Positions 9,524-18,524 of a stretch of DNA of 64,000 nt are shown piece after piece. Made by a program: the position numbers and the translations under genes. The stretch is taken from contig JBBRLX010000003.1 in assembly GCA_038231135.1 (NCBI GenBank), forward strand, positions 160,001 through 224,000. Reading direction: 5' to 3'. The notes beneath the pieces are model-generated. The model did no database searches. It was not told where the DNA came from and saw only the letters and a list, made by a program, of their open reading frames with translations. This stretch comes from Candidatus Eiseniibacteriota bacterium. GTDB taxonomy: Bacteria; Eisenbacteria; RBG-16-71-46. Numbering within the stretch: the stretch's first letter is position 1; each line of letters begins with the position of its first letter.

Positions 9524-10533
9524 CGCTGCCCGCGTTCGAATGGGTGCGCCCGCGCACGCTGGACGAATTGCTCGGCCACCTGTCGCGCCACGGCGACGAG
9601 AGCCTGATCGTCGCCGGCGGGACGGACGCCGTGCCCAACCTCAAGCACCGCCTCCACGAGCCGCGCTATGTGGTTCACATCGCGTCGATTGCCGGGCTCG
9701 ATGCGCTGGGCGAAACGGCGGGCGCGCTCGAGGTCGGGGCACTGGTGCCGCTCGCCCGCATCGCGGCCGATACCAGCGTGCGGCGCGATTTCCCGTCGCT
9801 CGCGCGTGCGGCCTCGCTGGTCGCGGGGCCGCAGCTGCGCAACATGGGCACGGTCGGCGGCAACCTGTGCCTCGACACCCGCTGCACCTACTATAACCAG
9901 ACGCTGTTCTGGCGCGAGGCGCTCGGGTTCTGTCTCAAGAAGAGCGGCACCGTGTGCCACGTGGTGCCCACCGGCAAGCGTTGCGTCGCCGCGCACTCGT
10001 CGGATGTCGCCCCGGTGCTGATCACGCTCGGTGCCGAGGTCGAGATCGCGAGCGCCGCCGGCCGCCGCATGCTGCCCGTGGACGAGTTCTTCGTCGCCGA
10101 CGGCGTGCACAACAACGTGCTCGGGCCGGGCGACGTCGTCACGCGGATCCGGGTGCCCGCAGAGTCGCGCGGCATGCGCGCCGGCTATCAGAAGCTGCGG
10201 CCGCGGGAGGCGATCGACTTTCCGATGCTGTCCGTGGCGTTCGCGGCGCGGATGACGGATGGGGTGTGCGACTCGGCGCGCCTGGTGGTGAGCGCGATCG
10301 CGGCCAAGCCGCGCGTCATCGGCGGTGTCGACGCCGCGGTGCGTGGCCGCGCGATCGACGCGGCGCTCGCGCAGACGCTGGCGGACATGGCGCATCGCCA
10401 GTGTCATCCGCTGATCAACGTGCCCTACGATCAGGACTATCGCCGCGAGATGGTGCCGGTCTACGTGCGCCGCGCGGTGCTCGAAGCCGCCGGCGAATCC
10501 GTGGGCCCCGTGGCGCCGGGAGGCGGAGCATGA
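9517..10533 (+). CDS. FAD-binding subunit with [4Fe-4S] insertion (HcrB-like)
   Basis: AGGTD, LRNMGTVGGNLC, four-Cys insertion RC-x15-C-x7-C-x8-C (RCTYYNQ...FCLKKSGTVCHVVPTGKRC). Confidence 0.9.
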   Translation: MLTLPAFEWVRPRTLDELLGHLSRHGDESLIVAGGTDAVPNLKHRLHEPRYVVHIASIAGLDALGETAGALEVGALVPLARIAADTSVRRDFPSLARAASLVAGPQLRNMGTVGGNLCLDTRCTYYNQTLFWREALGFCLKKSGTVCHVVPTGKRCVAAHSSDVAPVLITLGAEVEIASAAGRRMLPVDEFFVADGVHNNVLGPGDVVTRIRVPAESRGMRAGYQKLRPREAIDFPMLSVAFAARMTDGVCDSARLVVSAIAAKPRVIGGVDAAVRGRAIDAALAQTLADMAHRQCHPLINVPYDQDYRREMVPVYVRRAVLEAAGESVGPVAPGGGA

Positions 10534-11405
10534 GCTTCGGCGATCTTCCCGGCCGCACGCGTGACGCCGACGTGTGGGAGGCGCTCGCCGCCTGGCGTGC
10601 CGCGCGGCGGCGGTTCGCGCTCGCGACCGTGGTGGAGTCGCGCGGCTTCACACCGCGCAAGGCCGGTGCCCACATGCTGCTCGCGGACGACGGCGAGACC
10701 GTCGGCACGATCGGCGGGGGCGCGATCGAGCACGCGGTGCTGGAGCGGGCCCGCGCGCTGCTGCACGCGGATCCGGCCGAACGCTCCGACCGTGGCATCG
10801 TGAAGAAGCATCTCACCCAGGAGCTGGGCATGTGCTGCGGCGGCGAGATGTCGGTGTTCATCGAGGTCGTGGAGCCCGCGCCGCGGCTGTGGCTGTTCGG
10901 CGCGGGGTACATCGCCAAGCCGCTGGCCGCGATCGCCGCCGGCTGCGGCTTCGAGGTGACGGTGGTGGACGAGCGGCCCGACTGGCTCACGCCCGAGCGG
11001 TTCCCGACCTCGCGCATCGCGGTGCAGTCAGCCGATGACTTCGCGCGCGCGCTCGACACCGCGGCTGCCGATTACGCGGTCGTGGTGACGCACGATCACG
11101 CGCTCGACCAGCGGCTGGTGCAGGAGCTGCTGCGGCGGCCGCTCAAGTTCCTCGGCATGATTGGCAGCGTGCCCAAGCAGCGGAAGTTCGCGCTGCGGCT
11201 GCGCGCGCGCGGGTTCGCGGACGCCGACATCGCGCGGTTGCGCACGCCGCTCGGCGTGGCGATCGGCGCCGGCACCCCCGAGGAGATTGCGGTCAGCGTG
11301 ATGGCGGAGCTGATCGCCGCGCGCCGTGGCGTGGCGCTCGAGCCGGGCTGGGTGCCGCCCGTGCGGCGCGCCGGCGCGGATGCGACGCCCGCGACGATGG
11401 AGTAG
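10530..11405 (+). CDS. xdhC: XdhC/CoxI molybdenum cofactor insertion chaperone
   Basis: GFTPRKAGAHM, GTIGGGAIE, LGMCCGG, FGAGYIA, VVTHDHALD, GMIGS, TPEEIAVS; ATGA overlap. Confidence 0.92.
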   Translation: MSFGDLPGRTRDADVWEALAAWRAARRRFALATVVESRGFTPRKAGAHMLLADDGETVGTIGGGAIEHAVLERARALLHADPAERSDRGIVKKHLTQELGMCCGGEMSVFIEVVEPAPRLWLFGAGYIAKPLAAIAAGCGFEVTVVDERPDWLTPERFPTSRIAVQSADDFARALDTAAADYAVVVTHDHALDQRLVQELLRRPLKFLGMIGSVPKQRKFALRLRARGFADADIARLRTPLGVAIGAGTPEEIAVSVMAELIAARRGVALEPGWVPPVRRAGADATPATME

Positions 11406-11449
11406 TCTGCGCGCATCGAGACTCGTCGTCGTCATTCAGGGAGGCGCGC

Positions 11450-12118
11450 ATGATCGTCGGAATACTGCTGGCCGCGGGAGCATCGACCCGCATGGGGTCG
11501 CCCAAGGCGCTGGTCGCCACGCGGGACGGCAGCTTCCTGTCGCGGGGCATCCGTCACTTGTGGAGCGCCTGCGATCAGGTGGTCGTCGTGCTCGGTTCCA
11601 ACGCCAGGAAGATCCAGGAATCGGTGGAGCAGGAGTTCGCGACGCTGGTGGAGCGCGGCGAGCTGCACCAGGAACTGGCGGCGGCGCATCGCCACGGCGC
11701 CGAGGGGCTCGAGGTGCACTTCATCGACAATCCCGACTGGCGCAAGGGCATGTACTCGTCGGTGCGGCTTGGCCTCAAGGAGGCGTTGCGCGCGAAGCCC
11801 GCGGCGGTCCTGCTGCTGCCGGTCGACCATCCGATCGTGAAGCCGAAGACCATCGGAGTGCTGTCGGCGATGATCCAGTCCGCGATCACGGCGTGCGCGG
11901 CCAAGGAGCGTGCGGCGTTCGCCTACGCGCTGGTGCCGCGTTATCGCCGCCATCGAGGCCATCCCGTGGCGATGTCGCCGGCGCTGGCCGCCGCGGTGGT
12001 GAAGGACGTGGCCGCGGACAATCTCAGCGACGCGATCCGCAGCCACGCTCGGCTCGTGGGCTATCTCGACGTCACGGACGCGGGCGTGGTCCGCAACGTG
12101 AACCGCCGCGGGGACTGA
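11450..12118 (+). CDS. Nucleotidyltransferase, MocA-like molybdenum cofactor cytidylyltransferase
   Basis: LLAAGASTRMGSPKAL, NPDWRKGM, PVDHP, RGHPV; GGAGG RBS; follows xdhC. Confidence 0.82.
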   Translation: MIVGILLAAGASTRMGSPKALVATRDGSFLSRGIRHLWSACDQVVVVLGSNARKIQESVEQEFATLVERGELHQELAAAHRHGAEGLEVHFIDNPDWRKGMYSSVRLGLKEALRAKPAAVLLLPVDHPIVKPKTIGVLSAMIQSAITACAAKERAAFAYALVPRYRRHRGHPVAMSPALAAAVVKDVAADNLSDAIRSHARLVGYLDVTDAGVVRNVNRRGD

Positions 12119-12173
12119 GGGCAGTCCCGGGGGGCGCCTGGCGCCGGATGCGGGCGAGGCAGCGGAGGCAGGG

Positions 12174-12950
12174 GTGGCGGACGATTGGAACGGCGCGTCG
12201 TACGACCGGCTGTCGGACCCGCAGTTCCGCTGGGGGCTCCAAGTCCTCGACCGGCTGACGCTCGCCGGTGACGAAACCGTGCTGGACGCGGGGTGTGGCA
12301 GCGGGCGCCTCACCGAACGGCTGGCGCAACGGCTGCCCCGCGGCCGCGTGCTGGCGGTCGACCGGTCCGCGAGCATGCTGGCGGCCGCAGCGCAGCGGCT
12401 CGCCGCTCATCGCGATCGCGTTCGTCTGATCGAGGCCGATCTCCAGGCGTTCGTCGCGCCGGAGCCGGTCGACGCGATCTTCAGCACCGCCACGTTCCAC
12501 TGGGTGCTCGATCACGACCGGCTGTTCCGCAACCTGTTCGCATCGCTCGCGCCTGGCGGTCGGCTGGTGGCCCAGTGCGGCGGTGGACCCAACGTGGCCC
12601 GGCTGCACGACCGCGCCTGCCGCTTGATGACCCTCCCCGAGTACGCGCCGCATTTCGGCGGCTGGCGTGAGCCGTGGAGTTTCCAGGATCCGGATTCCAC
12701 CGCGGTGCGCATGCGGCATGCGGGGTTCGTGGACGTGGTCACGGGGCTCGAAGCCCAGCCAACCCCGTTCACCGACGTCGGCAGGTTCCGGGACTTCATC
12801 ACGACGATCGTGCTGCACCACCATCTCGAGCCGCTGCCGGAATCCGCGCGCGCGGGTTTCATCGACAGGCTGGTTGCCGAGGCCGCGACGGATGTCCCAC
12901 CGTTCACGCTCGACTACTGGCGGCTGAACCTGAGCGGGAGGCGGCCGTGA
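12174..12950 (+). CDS. Class I SAM-dependent methyltransferase (trans-aconitate methyltransferase-like)
   Basis: WNGASYDRLSDPQ, VLDAGCGSG, FSTATFHWV, QCGGGPN. Confidence 0.85.
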   Translation: MADDWNGASYDRLSDPQFRWGLQVLDRLTLAGDETVLDAGCGSGRLTERLAQRLPRGRVLAVDRSASMLAAAAQRLAAHRDRVRLIEADLQAFVAPEPVDAIFSTATFHWVLDHDRLFRNLFASLAPGGRLVAQCGGGPNVARLHDRACRLMTLPEYAPHFGGWREPWSFQDPDSTAVRMRHAGFVDVVTGLEAQPTPFTDVGRFRDFITTIVLHHHLEPLPESARAGFIDRLVAEAATDVPPFTLDYWRLNLSGRRP

Positions 12951-13028
12951 CCCGACTGCGTTCGCGGTGCTTCGCGTGACCGAGCGCCTGCCCGTGATCG
13001 CGACGCCGGTCGCCGGTCGCCTGTCACC

Positions 13029-13883
13029 ATGAAGGAGGGACGCGCCAGCATGACCGCGCGGCGCGTGGCGATGCGCCGCGCCGCGCATCAACTGCTCGAC
13101 CACCCCCGGGTGCTCGAAGACCCGATCGCGCTCCGCATCCTCGATGACGAGAGCCGCAAGGCGGTCGAATCGGACGCCGCGGGCTTCGAGGGCGGCCGGA
13201 TGGCGCCCTATCTGCGCGCGTTCCTCGTGGCCCGCAGCCGGCTCGCGGAGGACGAGCTGGCCGTGGCCGTGGAACGCGGAGTCCGGCAGTACGTGGTGCT
13301 CGGCGCCGGGCTCGACACGTTCGCGTATCGCAATCCCCACGAGGCGAGTGGACTCCATGTGTTCGAAGTCGATCATCCGTCGACGCAGGACTGGAAGCGG
13401 GAGCGGTTGCGGGACTCGGGTCTGGAGATCCCCGCATCGCTCACGTTTGCGCCCGCCGACTTCGAGCACCGCACGCTGTCACAGATCCTCGCCACCGCGG
13501 GGTTCCGGGAGGACGAACCCGGCTGGTTCTCGTGGCTCGGCGTCACGATGTACCTCACTCATGCCGCCGTCCGATCGACGCTGCAGTTCGTGGGCGCGCT
13601 GCCCGCGAACAGCGGGATCGTGTTCGACTACGGCCTCGACCCCCGGCTGCTGAACTTCGCGCAGCGGCTGATCCGCCACGCGATGGCGCAGCGCGTCCGC
13701 GCCGCGGGCGAGCCGTGGCTCAGCGCGTTCGAACCGGCGAAGCTGATCGCGGAACTGCGCACGCTGGGATTCCGCGACACGCAGGATTGGGCGGACACCG
13801 ATCTCAACGCCCGCTACTTCGCCGATCGCAGCGACGGACTGCGCGTGGGTAGTGTCGCGCGTGTGGTGGTGGCGGCGCGGTAG
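13029..13883 (+). CDS. SAM-dependent methyltransferase (leucine carboxyl methyltransferase-like family)
   Basis: SMTARRVAMRRA, QYVVLGAGLDTFAYR, FEVDHP, WLGVTMYL. Confidence 0.88.
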   Translation: MKEGRASMTARRVAMRRAAHQLLDHPRVLEDPIALRILDDESRKAVESDAAGFEGGRMAPYLRAFLVARSRLAEDELAVAVERGVRQYVVLGAGLDTFAYRNPHEASGLHVFEVDHPSTQDWKRERLRDSGLEIPASLTFAPADFEHRTLSQILATAGFREDEPGWFSWLGVTMYLTHAAVRSTLQFVGALPANSGIVFDYGLDPRLLNFAQRLIRHAMAQRVRAAGEPWLSAFEPAKLIAELRTLGFRDTQDWADTDLNARYFADRSDGLRVGSVARVVVAAR

Positions 13884-14296
13884 TCCTTCGGAGCGGCCCT
13901 GCGCCGCCCTCGGACCAGGGCGATCATGAGCCGCGCCGGAATTCGTTCAAGCCATCCCGACATCCGATCGGACTGGAGATGACGGGTGCAAACTGACTGA
14001 ACTCGATGCGAAAAGGTTTCTTACCTGAATCGTATAGCTTCACAATCAGAGGACCCACGATATTCCCGTGCCCCGTGCGGTTGTAGGCCCCGTTTGGCTC
14101 GACTAGTATTCGGGTGTTCGCGAATAGCGGAAGCTAGCTTCGAACGGCACGCGCCACCGAATGGAATCCCTCGTGACGACAGAAATAAACTGCGCAGGCT
14201 GGGGGATCTCAGCCTTGATCGCCGATGACCGCCGAGCCTCGCGGTCGATCGGACTCGCATGAGTCGTAGCCCAGCGTCCGCCGCCAACCGTCGTCC

Positions 14297-14312
14297 GGGG
14301 GGGGGGGGGGGG
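14297..14312 (+). repeat. G16 homopolymer run
   Basis: 16 consecutive G counted directly, ending 19 nt before the ATG at 14332. Confidence 0.9.
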
Positions 14313-14331
14313 ACACTATGAGCGCCGTCGT

Positions 14332-14766
14332 ATGAGACGGGCCACTCCGCGCCAGCGGAAATTCGCCGAGCGTCTCATGGCTCAAGAGGCGCGGGATTCC
14401 AGGTCGTCGCGCTCGACGGCGCTCGCGGCGTTTCACGTCTGCGAGAAACTCGGCCCGCCGCTCGCGACCCTCGCGGGGAACATCGGGTTTCGTGCGCTGC
14501 TGTCACGCGCGCTCGCGCTGGCCAGCGACGAGGTCCCGTGGCTGCGCACGGTGCATGTCGAAGACGATGGCTCCCTCGGGGGACTGGATGGACTCGAAGC
14601 GCGCGTGAGCCCCAAGGAACTTGCCGATGGCGAAGTCGTCCTGCTCGCCCATCTGCTCGGATTGCTGCTGGCGTTCATCGGCGAGGACTTGACGCTGCGG
14701 TTGACGCGCGAGGTCTGGCCGAAAGTTTCTCTCTCCGATATGACGGTTGCCAAGAGGAGCTCATGA
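14332..14766 (+). CDS. Hypothetical helical protein coupled to the KaiC-like ATPase
   Basis: 144-aa ORF with protein-like composition (VCEKL..PLATLAG..GFRALLSRAL, LLGLLLAFIGEDLTLRL); ATGA overlap with the next gene. Confidence 0.75.
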   Translation: MRRATPRQRKFAERLMAQEARDSRSSRSTALAAFHVCEKLGPPLATLAGNIGFRALLSRALALASDEVPWLRTVHVEDDGSLGGLDGLEARVSPKELADGEVVLLAHLLGLLLAFIGEDLTLRLTREVWPKVSLSDMTVAKRSS

Positions 14767-16340
14767 TGAAAAAGCTCGCTGTCGCTGCCAATGGCAAGCC
14801 GCCAGGAACGAAGCCTGTCAAACGATCCGCCAGAGTCGCGATCCACACACTGCCGACGGGCGTGCGCGGCCTCGACGAGATCCTGGGCGGCGGGATTCCG
14901 GAATTCTCGTTCAACATCATCGCGGGCACCCCGGGCTGCGGCAAGACCACGCTGGCACATCAAATCGTGTTCGCCAACGCGACGGCGAAGAATCCCGCGC
15001 TGTATTTCACCGTGCTCGGCGAACCCGCCATGAAGATGCTGCGGTACCAGCAGCAATATACGTTCTTCGATGAGACCAAGCTGGGCAGCGCCGTTCGATT
15101 CATCAACCTGAGCGACCTGGTGATGGAACAGGACCTGAACGCTGTGCTCGCGGAGATCATCAAGCGGGTCACTGCCGCGAATCCCTGCGTCGTCGTGGTG
15201 GATTCGTTCCGCACCGTCGTGCGCAGCGCGAATCCCGATGCGAGCGAACAGGAGATGCAAGCGTTCGTTCAGCGCCTGGCCCAGTTCCTGACCAGCTGGG
15301 AGGCCACGACGTTCCTGGTCGGCGAGTACGTGCCCGAGGAGATGCGTGACAATCCGCTGTTCACGCTCGCCGATGGCCTGTTGTGGCTGTCGCAGATCAC
15401 GGAGCGGAATTCCGTCGTACGCAAGCTGCAGATCATCAAATTGCGCGGGCAGGCATCCACGCCGGGGTTGCACACGTTTCGCATCAATGACAACGGCATG
15501 CAGGCGTTCTCGCGCACACTGGGATTGCACGGTGCCATGCTCAACCCGTTGCGGGGCAAGCGGCGGCTCTCCGTCGGCATTCCCGAGCTGGACAAGATGA
15601 TGAACGGAGGCCTTCGCGAGGGCGACAGCCTGCTCGTGGCCGGGCCCTCCGGGACGGGGAAGTCGGCGCTGGCCACCCAGTTCATCGCCGCGGGGTTGCG
15701 TGCGGGCGAGCCCGCCGTCATGGCGCTGTTCGAAGAACGCCCGCAGGGTTACACGGATCGCGCCGACAGCCTCGGTCTGAAATTGCGGGTCCAGGAGAAG
15801 AAGGGCAAACTTGAACTGCTCTATCTGCGCCCGCTCGATCTGTCGGTGGATCAGATCACCCAGGAGATTCTCGATGCCGTCAAGCGGGTCGGCGCCAGGC
15901 GGCTGGTGATCGATTCGCTGGTCGGCATCGAGATGGCGCTGGCGCCCGGGTTCCGGGCGGACTTCCGGGAGTCGCTCTACCGCCTGATCGTGGCGCTGAC
16001 CGCCGCCGGAGTCACGATCCTCACCACGGTAGAGGTGGAGGATTCGTTCACCGCGCTGCAGCTCAGTCACTACACCGTGTCGTTTCTCACCGATGACATC
16101 ATCCGGCTGCGGTACGTGGAGATCGACGGCCAGCTGCGCAAGGTGATGGTCGTGATCAAGATGCGCGGCGGCAATCACAGCAAGGACATTCGCGAATATG
16201 TCATCACCGACCGGGGCGTCGTGGTCATCCTGCCGCGGACCACGGAGTACAACGGGCTGATCACCGGCATTCCCACGCGTACCGGCCCGCGTGCGACGCA
16301 GGCGGACGAGTCAGCGCCGGAACCGAAGGCGACCCGATAG
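14763..16340 (+). CDS. KaiC/RAD55-family double-domain RecA-type ATPase
   Basis: Two Walker A motifs (GTPGCGKT, GPSGTGKS); TGVRGLDEILGGG; GIPELDKMMNGG; FEE; YVEIDGQLRKVMVVIKMRGGNHSKDIREY resembles KaiC CII; GAGGAG RBS. Confidence 0.9.
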   Translation: MMKKLAVAANGKPPGTKPVKRSARVAIHTLPTGVRGLDEILGGGIPEFSFNIIAGTPGCGKTTLAHQIVFANATAKNPALYFTVLGEPAMKMLRYQQQYTFFDETKLGSAVRFINLSDLVMEQDLNAVLAEIIKRVTAANPCVVVVDSFRTVVRSANPDASEQEMQAFVQRLAQFLTSWEATTFLVGEYVPEEMRDNPLFTLADGLLWLSQITERNSVVRKLQIIKLRGQASTPGLHTFRINDNGMQAFSRTLGLHGAMLNPLRGKRRLSVGIPELDKMMNGGLREGDSLLVAGPSGTGKSALATQFIAAGLRAGEPAVMALFEERPQGYTDRADSLGLKLRVQEKKGKLELLYLRPLDLSVDQITQEILDAVKRVGARRLVIDSLVGIEMALAPGFRADFRESLYRLIVALTAAGVTILTTVEVEDSFTALQLSHYTVSFLTDDIIRLRYVEIDGQLRKVMVVIKMRGGNHSKDIREYVITDRGVVVILPRTTEYNGLITGIPTRTGPRATQADESAPEPKATR

Positions 16341-16349
16341 CGGGCGCCC

Positions 16350-18404
16350 ATGGCGGCACCGAGAGCACGACGCGCCTCCGCGACACCCCCGGCCCCCGGG
16401 CTGCCATGCTCTTTGGAGTCACTCATCGAACACGCGCCCCTGCCGATGGCCGCCGTGCGGGGAGCGGGTCATGTCGTATCCGATGTGAATCCCGCGTTCT
16501 GCCGGCTGGCGCGGAAGTCCCGTGAGGAACTCGTCGGAAGCTCATTCCGCGAACTGTTGCCGGAGCCGGAGTACTGCCTGACGCTGCTCGACCGCGTCTA
16601 TAGCACGGGACTGCCCGAGAGCCACACGGAGCAGCAGCACTTCAACCCGAACTCGATGTTCTGGTCCCTCGCGTTGTGGCCGATGATGGCCGATGGCCGC
16701 CCGTCGGGCGTCGTCGTGCAGGTGACCGAGACGGCGCAGTTTCACGAGAGCGCGATCGCAATGAACCAGGCATTGATGCTCGGCTCCCTGCGCCAGCACG
16801 AGCTCACCGAAGCCGCGGAAGTGGCGAATGCCGAGCTGCAGGCGGAGATCGCCGAGCGCAAGCGGGCGGAGGATGCCGGGCGCGTCAGCGAAGAGCGGTA
16901 TCGCTCGCTGTACGACACGGTGCCGGTAGCGGTGTTCGCCTGTGACCGGGACGGACTGATTCAGAGCTACAACCGCCGCGCCGTCGAATTGTGGGGACGG
17001 GAGCCGAAGCGCGGAGACCCTGCGGAGCGGTACTGCCGGTCGGCAAGCCTGGCGCTGCCGGAGAACACGTTCTCCCCGCCCGAGATCAGCCCGATGATGG
17101 AGGTGCTCCGCACCGGCATTCCCGCGCTGAATGTGGAGATGCTCGTCGAACAGCCCGACGGCTCGCGCGTTCCCGTGATCGTCAACTTCGCCGCGCTGAA
17201 GGACGCCCACGGCAAAATCTCGGGGGCGATCACGGCGTTCGACGACATCCGCGAGCGCAAGGAGGCGGAGACGGTGCTGCGCGACGCCGTGGAGCGCAAG
17301 AATGAGTTCCTCGCGATGCTGGCCCACGAACTCCGGAACCCGCTTGCGCCGATCCGGTTCGCCTTGGAAATCGTGAAGCGCGCGGACGGCAAGAGTGATC
17401 TGACGCGCAGTGCGCTCGGCACGATGGAACGCCAGCTGGGACAGATGACCCGGCTGGTGGACGACCTGCTCGACGTGGCCCGCATCAGCCGGGGCAAGCT
17501 CGACCTGCAACTCGAGAAGCTCGAGCTGGCCTCGATCATTCACCCGCTGGTCGAAGTGTTCCTCCCGATGTGCGAGTCGGCCCGCCAGCAGTTGACCGTG
17601 ACGCTGCCGCCGCGCCCCATGTATCTGCGCGGCGATCCGGTGCGGCTGGCCCAGGTGTTCGGCAACCTGCTCAACAATGCCAGCAAGTTCACGGCAACCG
17701 GGGGTCGCATCTCGCTGGTCGCGGAACAGCGAGACGGCGACGTGGTGGTTACCATCAAGGATTCCGGCATCGGTATCTCCACCGTAAAGCTGCCGATGAT
17801 CTTCGAGATGTTCGAGCAGGGCGATCAGACGCAGCGGTCGCACGGCGGCCTGGGCATCGGCCTGACCCTGGTCCGGCGGCTGGTCGAGATGCACGGTGGT
17901 TCGGTGCGGGCTTTGAGTGCCGGGCCGGACCTGGGCAGCGAGTTCGTCGTGCGCCTGCCGGCGCTGACCGGGAAGGCGAAACCGTTGCCCGCGGGGCCCG
18001 TTGTCCGCGAGGCGAATGCCCTGGCGGCGCGCCGCATCCTGGTGGTGGACGACAACCACGACACCGCGGAGTCGCTGGCGATGCTACTGAGCATGAGCGG
18101 TCACGAGACGCACACCGCGTTCGACGGCCTCGAGGCCGTCGAGGCCGCGGAGACGTTCAAGCCGGACGTCATCCTGTGCGACATCGGCATGCCCAAGTTG
18201 AATGGCTACGAAGCCGCTCGACGGATTCGGGAACAGCCGGGCGGCAAGGCGGTCGTGCTGGTGGCGATGACCGGCTGGGGGCAGGACGAGGACCGGATGA
18301 GGACCGCGGCTGCCGGCTTCGATGCCCATCTCGTGAAACCGGTGCAGTACGGCACCCTGGCGAAGCTGATGGCCGGTTTTCCGGTGCTCCCGCACCTGAA
18401 CTGA
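16350..18404 (+). CDS. Hybrid sensor histidine kinase (PAS-coiled coil-PAS-HisKA-HATPase-REC)
   Basis: LAHELRNPLAP, NLLNNASKFT, DSGIG, GLGIGL; C-terminal REC (ILVVDDN, DIGMP, HLVKP). Confidence 0.93.
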   Translation: MAAPRARRASATPPAPGLPCSLESLIEHAPLPMAAVRGAGHVVSDVNPAFCRLARKSREELVGSSFRELLPEPEYCLTLLDRVYSTGLPESHTEQQHFNPNSMFWSLALWPMMADGRPSGVVVQVTETAQFHESAIAMNQALMLGSLRQHELTEAAEVANAELQAEIAERKRAEDAGRVSEERYRSLYDTVPVAVFACDRDGLIQSYNRRAVELWGREPKRGDPAERYCRSASLALPENTFSPPEISPMMEVLRTGIPALNVEMLVEQPDGSRVPVIVNFAALKDAHGKISGAITAFDDIRERKEAETVLRDAVERKNEFLAMLAHELRNPLAPIRFALEIVKRADGKSDLTRSALGTMERQLGQMTRLVDDLLDVARISRGKLDLQLEKLELASIIHPLVEVFLPMCESARQQLTVTLPPRPMYLRGDPVRLAQVFGNLLNNASKFTATGGRISLVAEQRDGDVVVTIKDSGIGISTVKLPMIFEMFEQGDQTQRSHGGLGIGLTLVRRLVEMHGGSVRALSAGPDLGSEFVVRLPALTGKAKPLPAGPVVREANALAARRILVVDDNHDTAESLAMLLSMSGHETHTAFDGLEAVEAAETFKPDVILCDIGMPKLNGYEAARRIREQPGGKAVVLVAMTGWGQDEDRMRTAAAGFDAHLVKPVQYGTLAKLMAGFPVLPHLN

Positions 18405-18524
18405 GGGGCCCCCGCACCTTTCGGTGAACCTGCGCCGCCGCGGTGCTCGATCGAGCGCACGGCGGTTTGGCGTTCCCGGCCGGGAGAACTCATCGAGTAG
18501 GATGCGCCTAACCAGGCCCGCTCG

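Noticed and set aside
14763..16340. Calling the ATPase a true circadian kaiC
   Set aside because: No kaiA or kaiB in the window and the second phosphosite is Phe; left as KaiC-like with no gene symbol.
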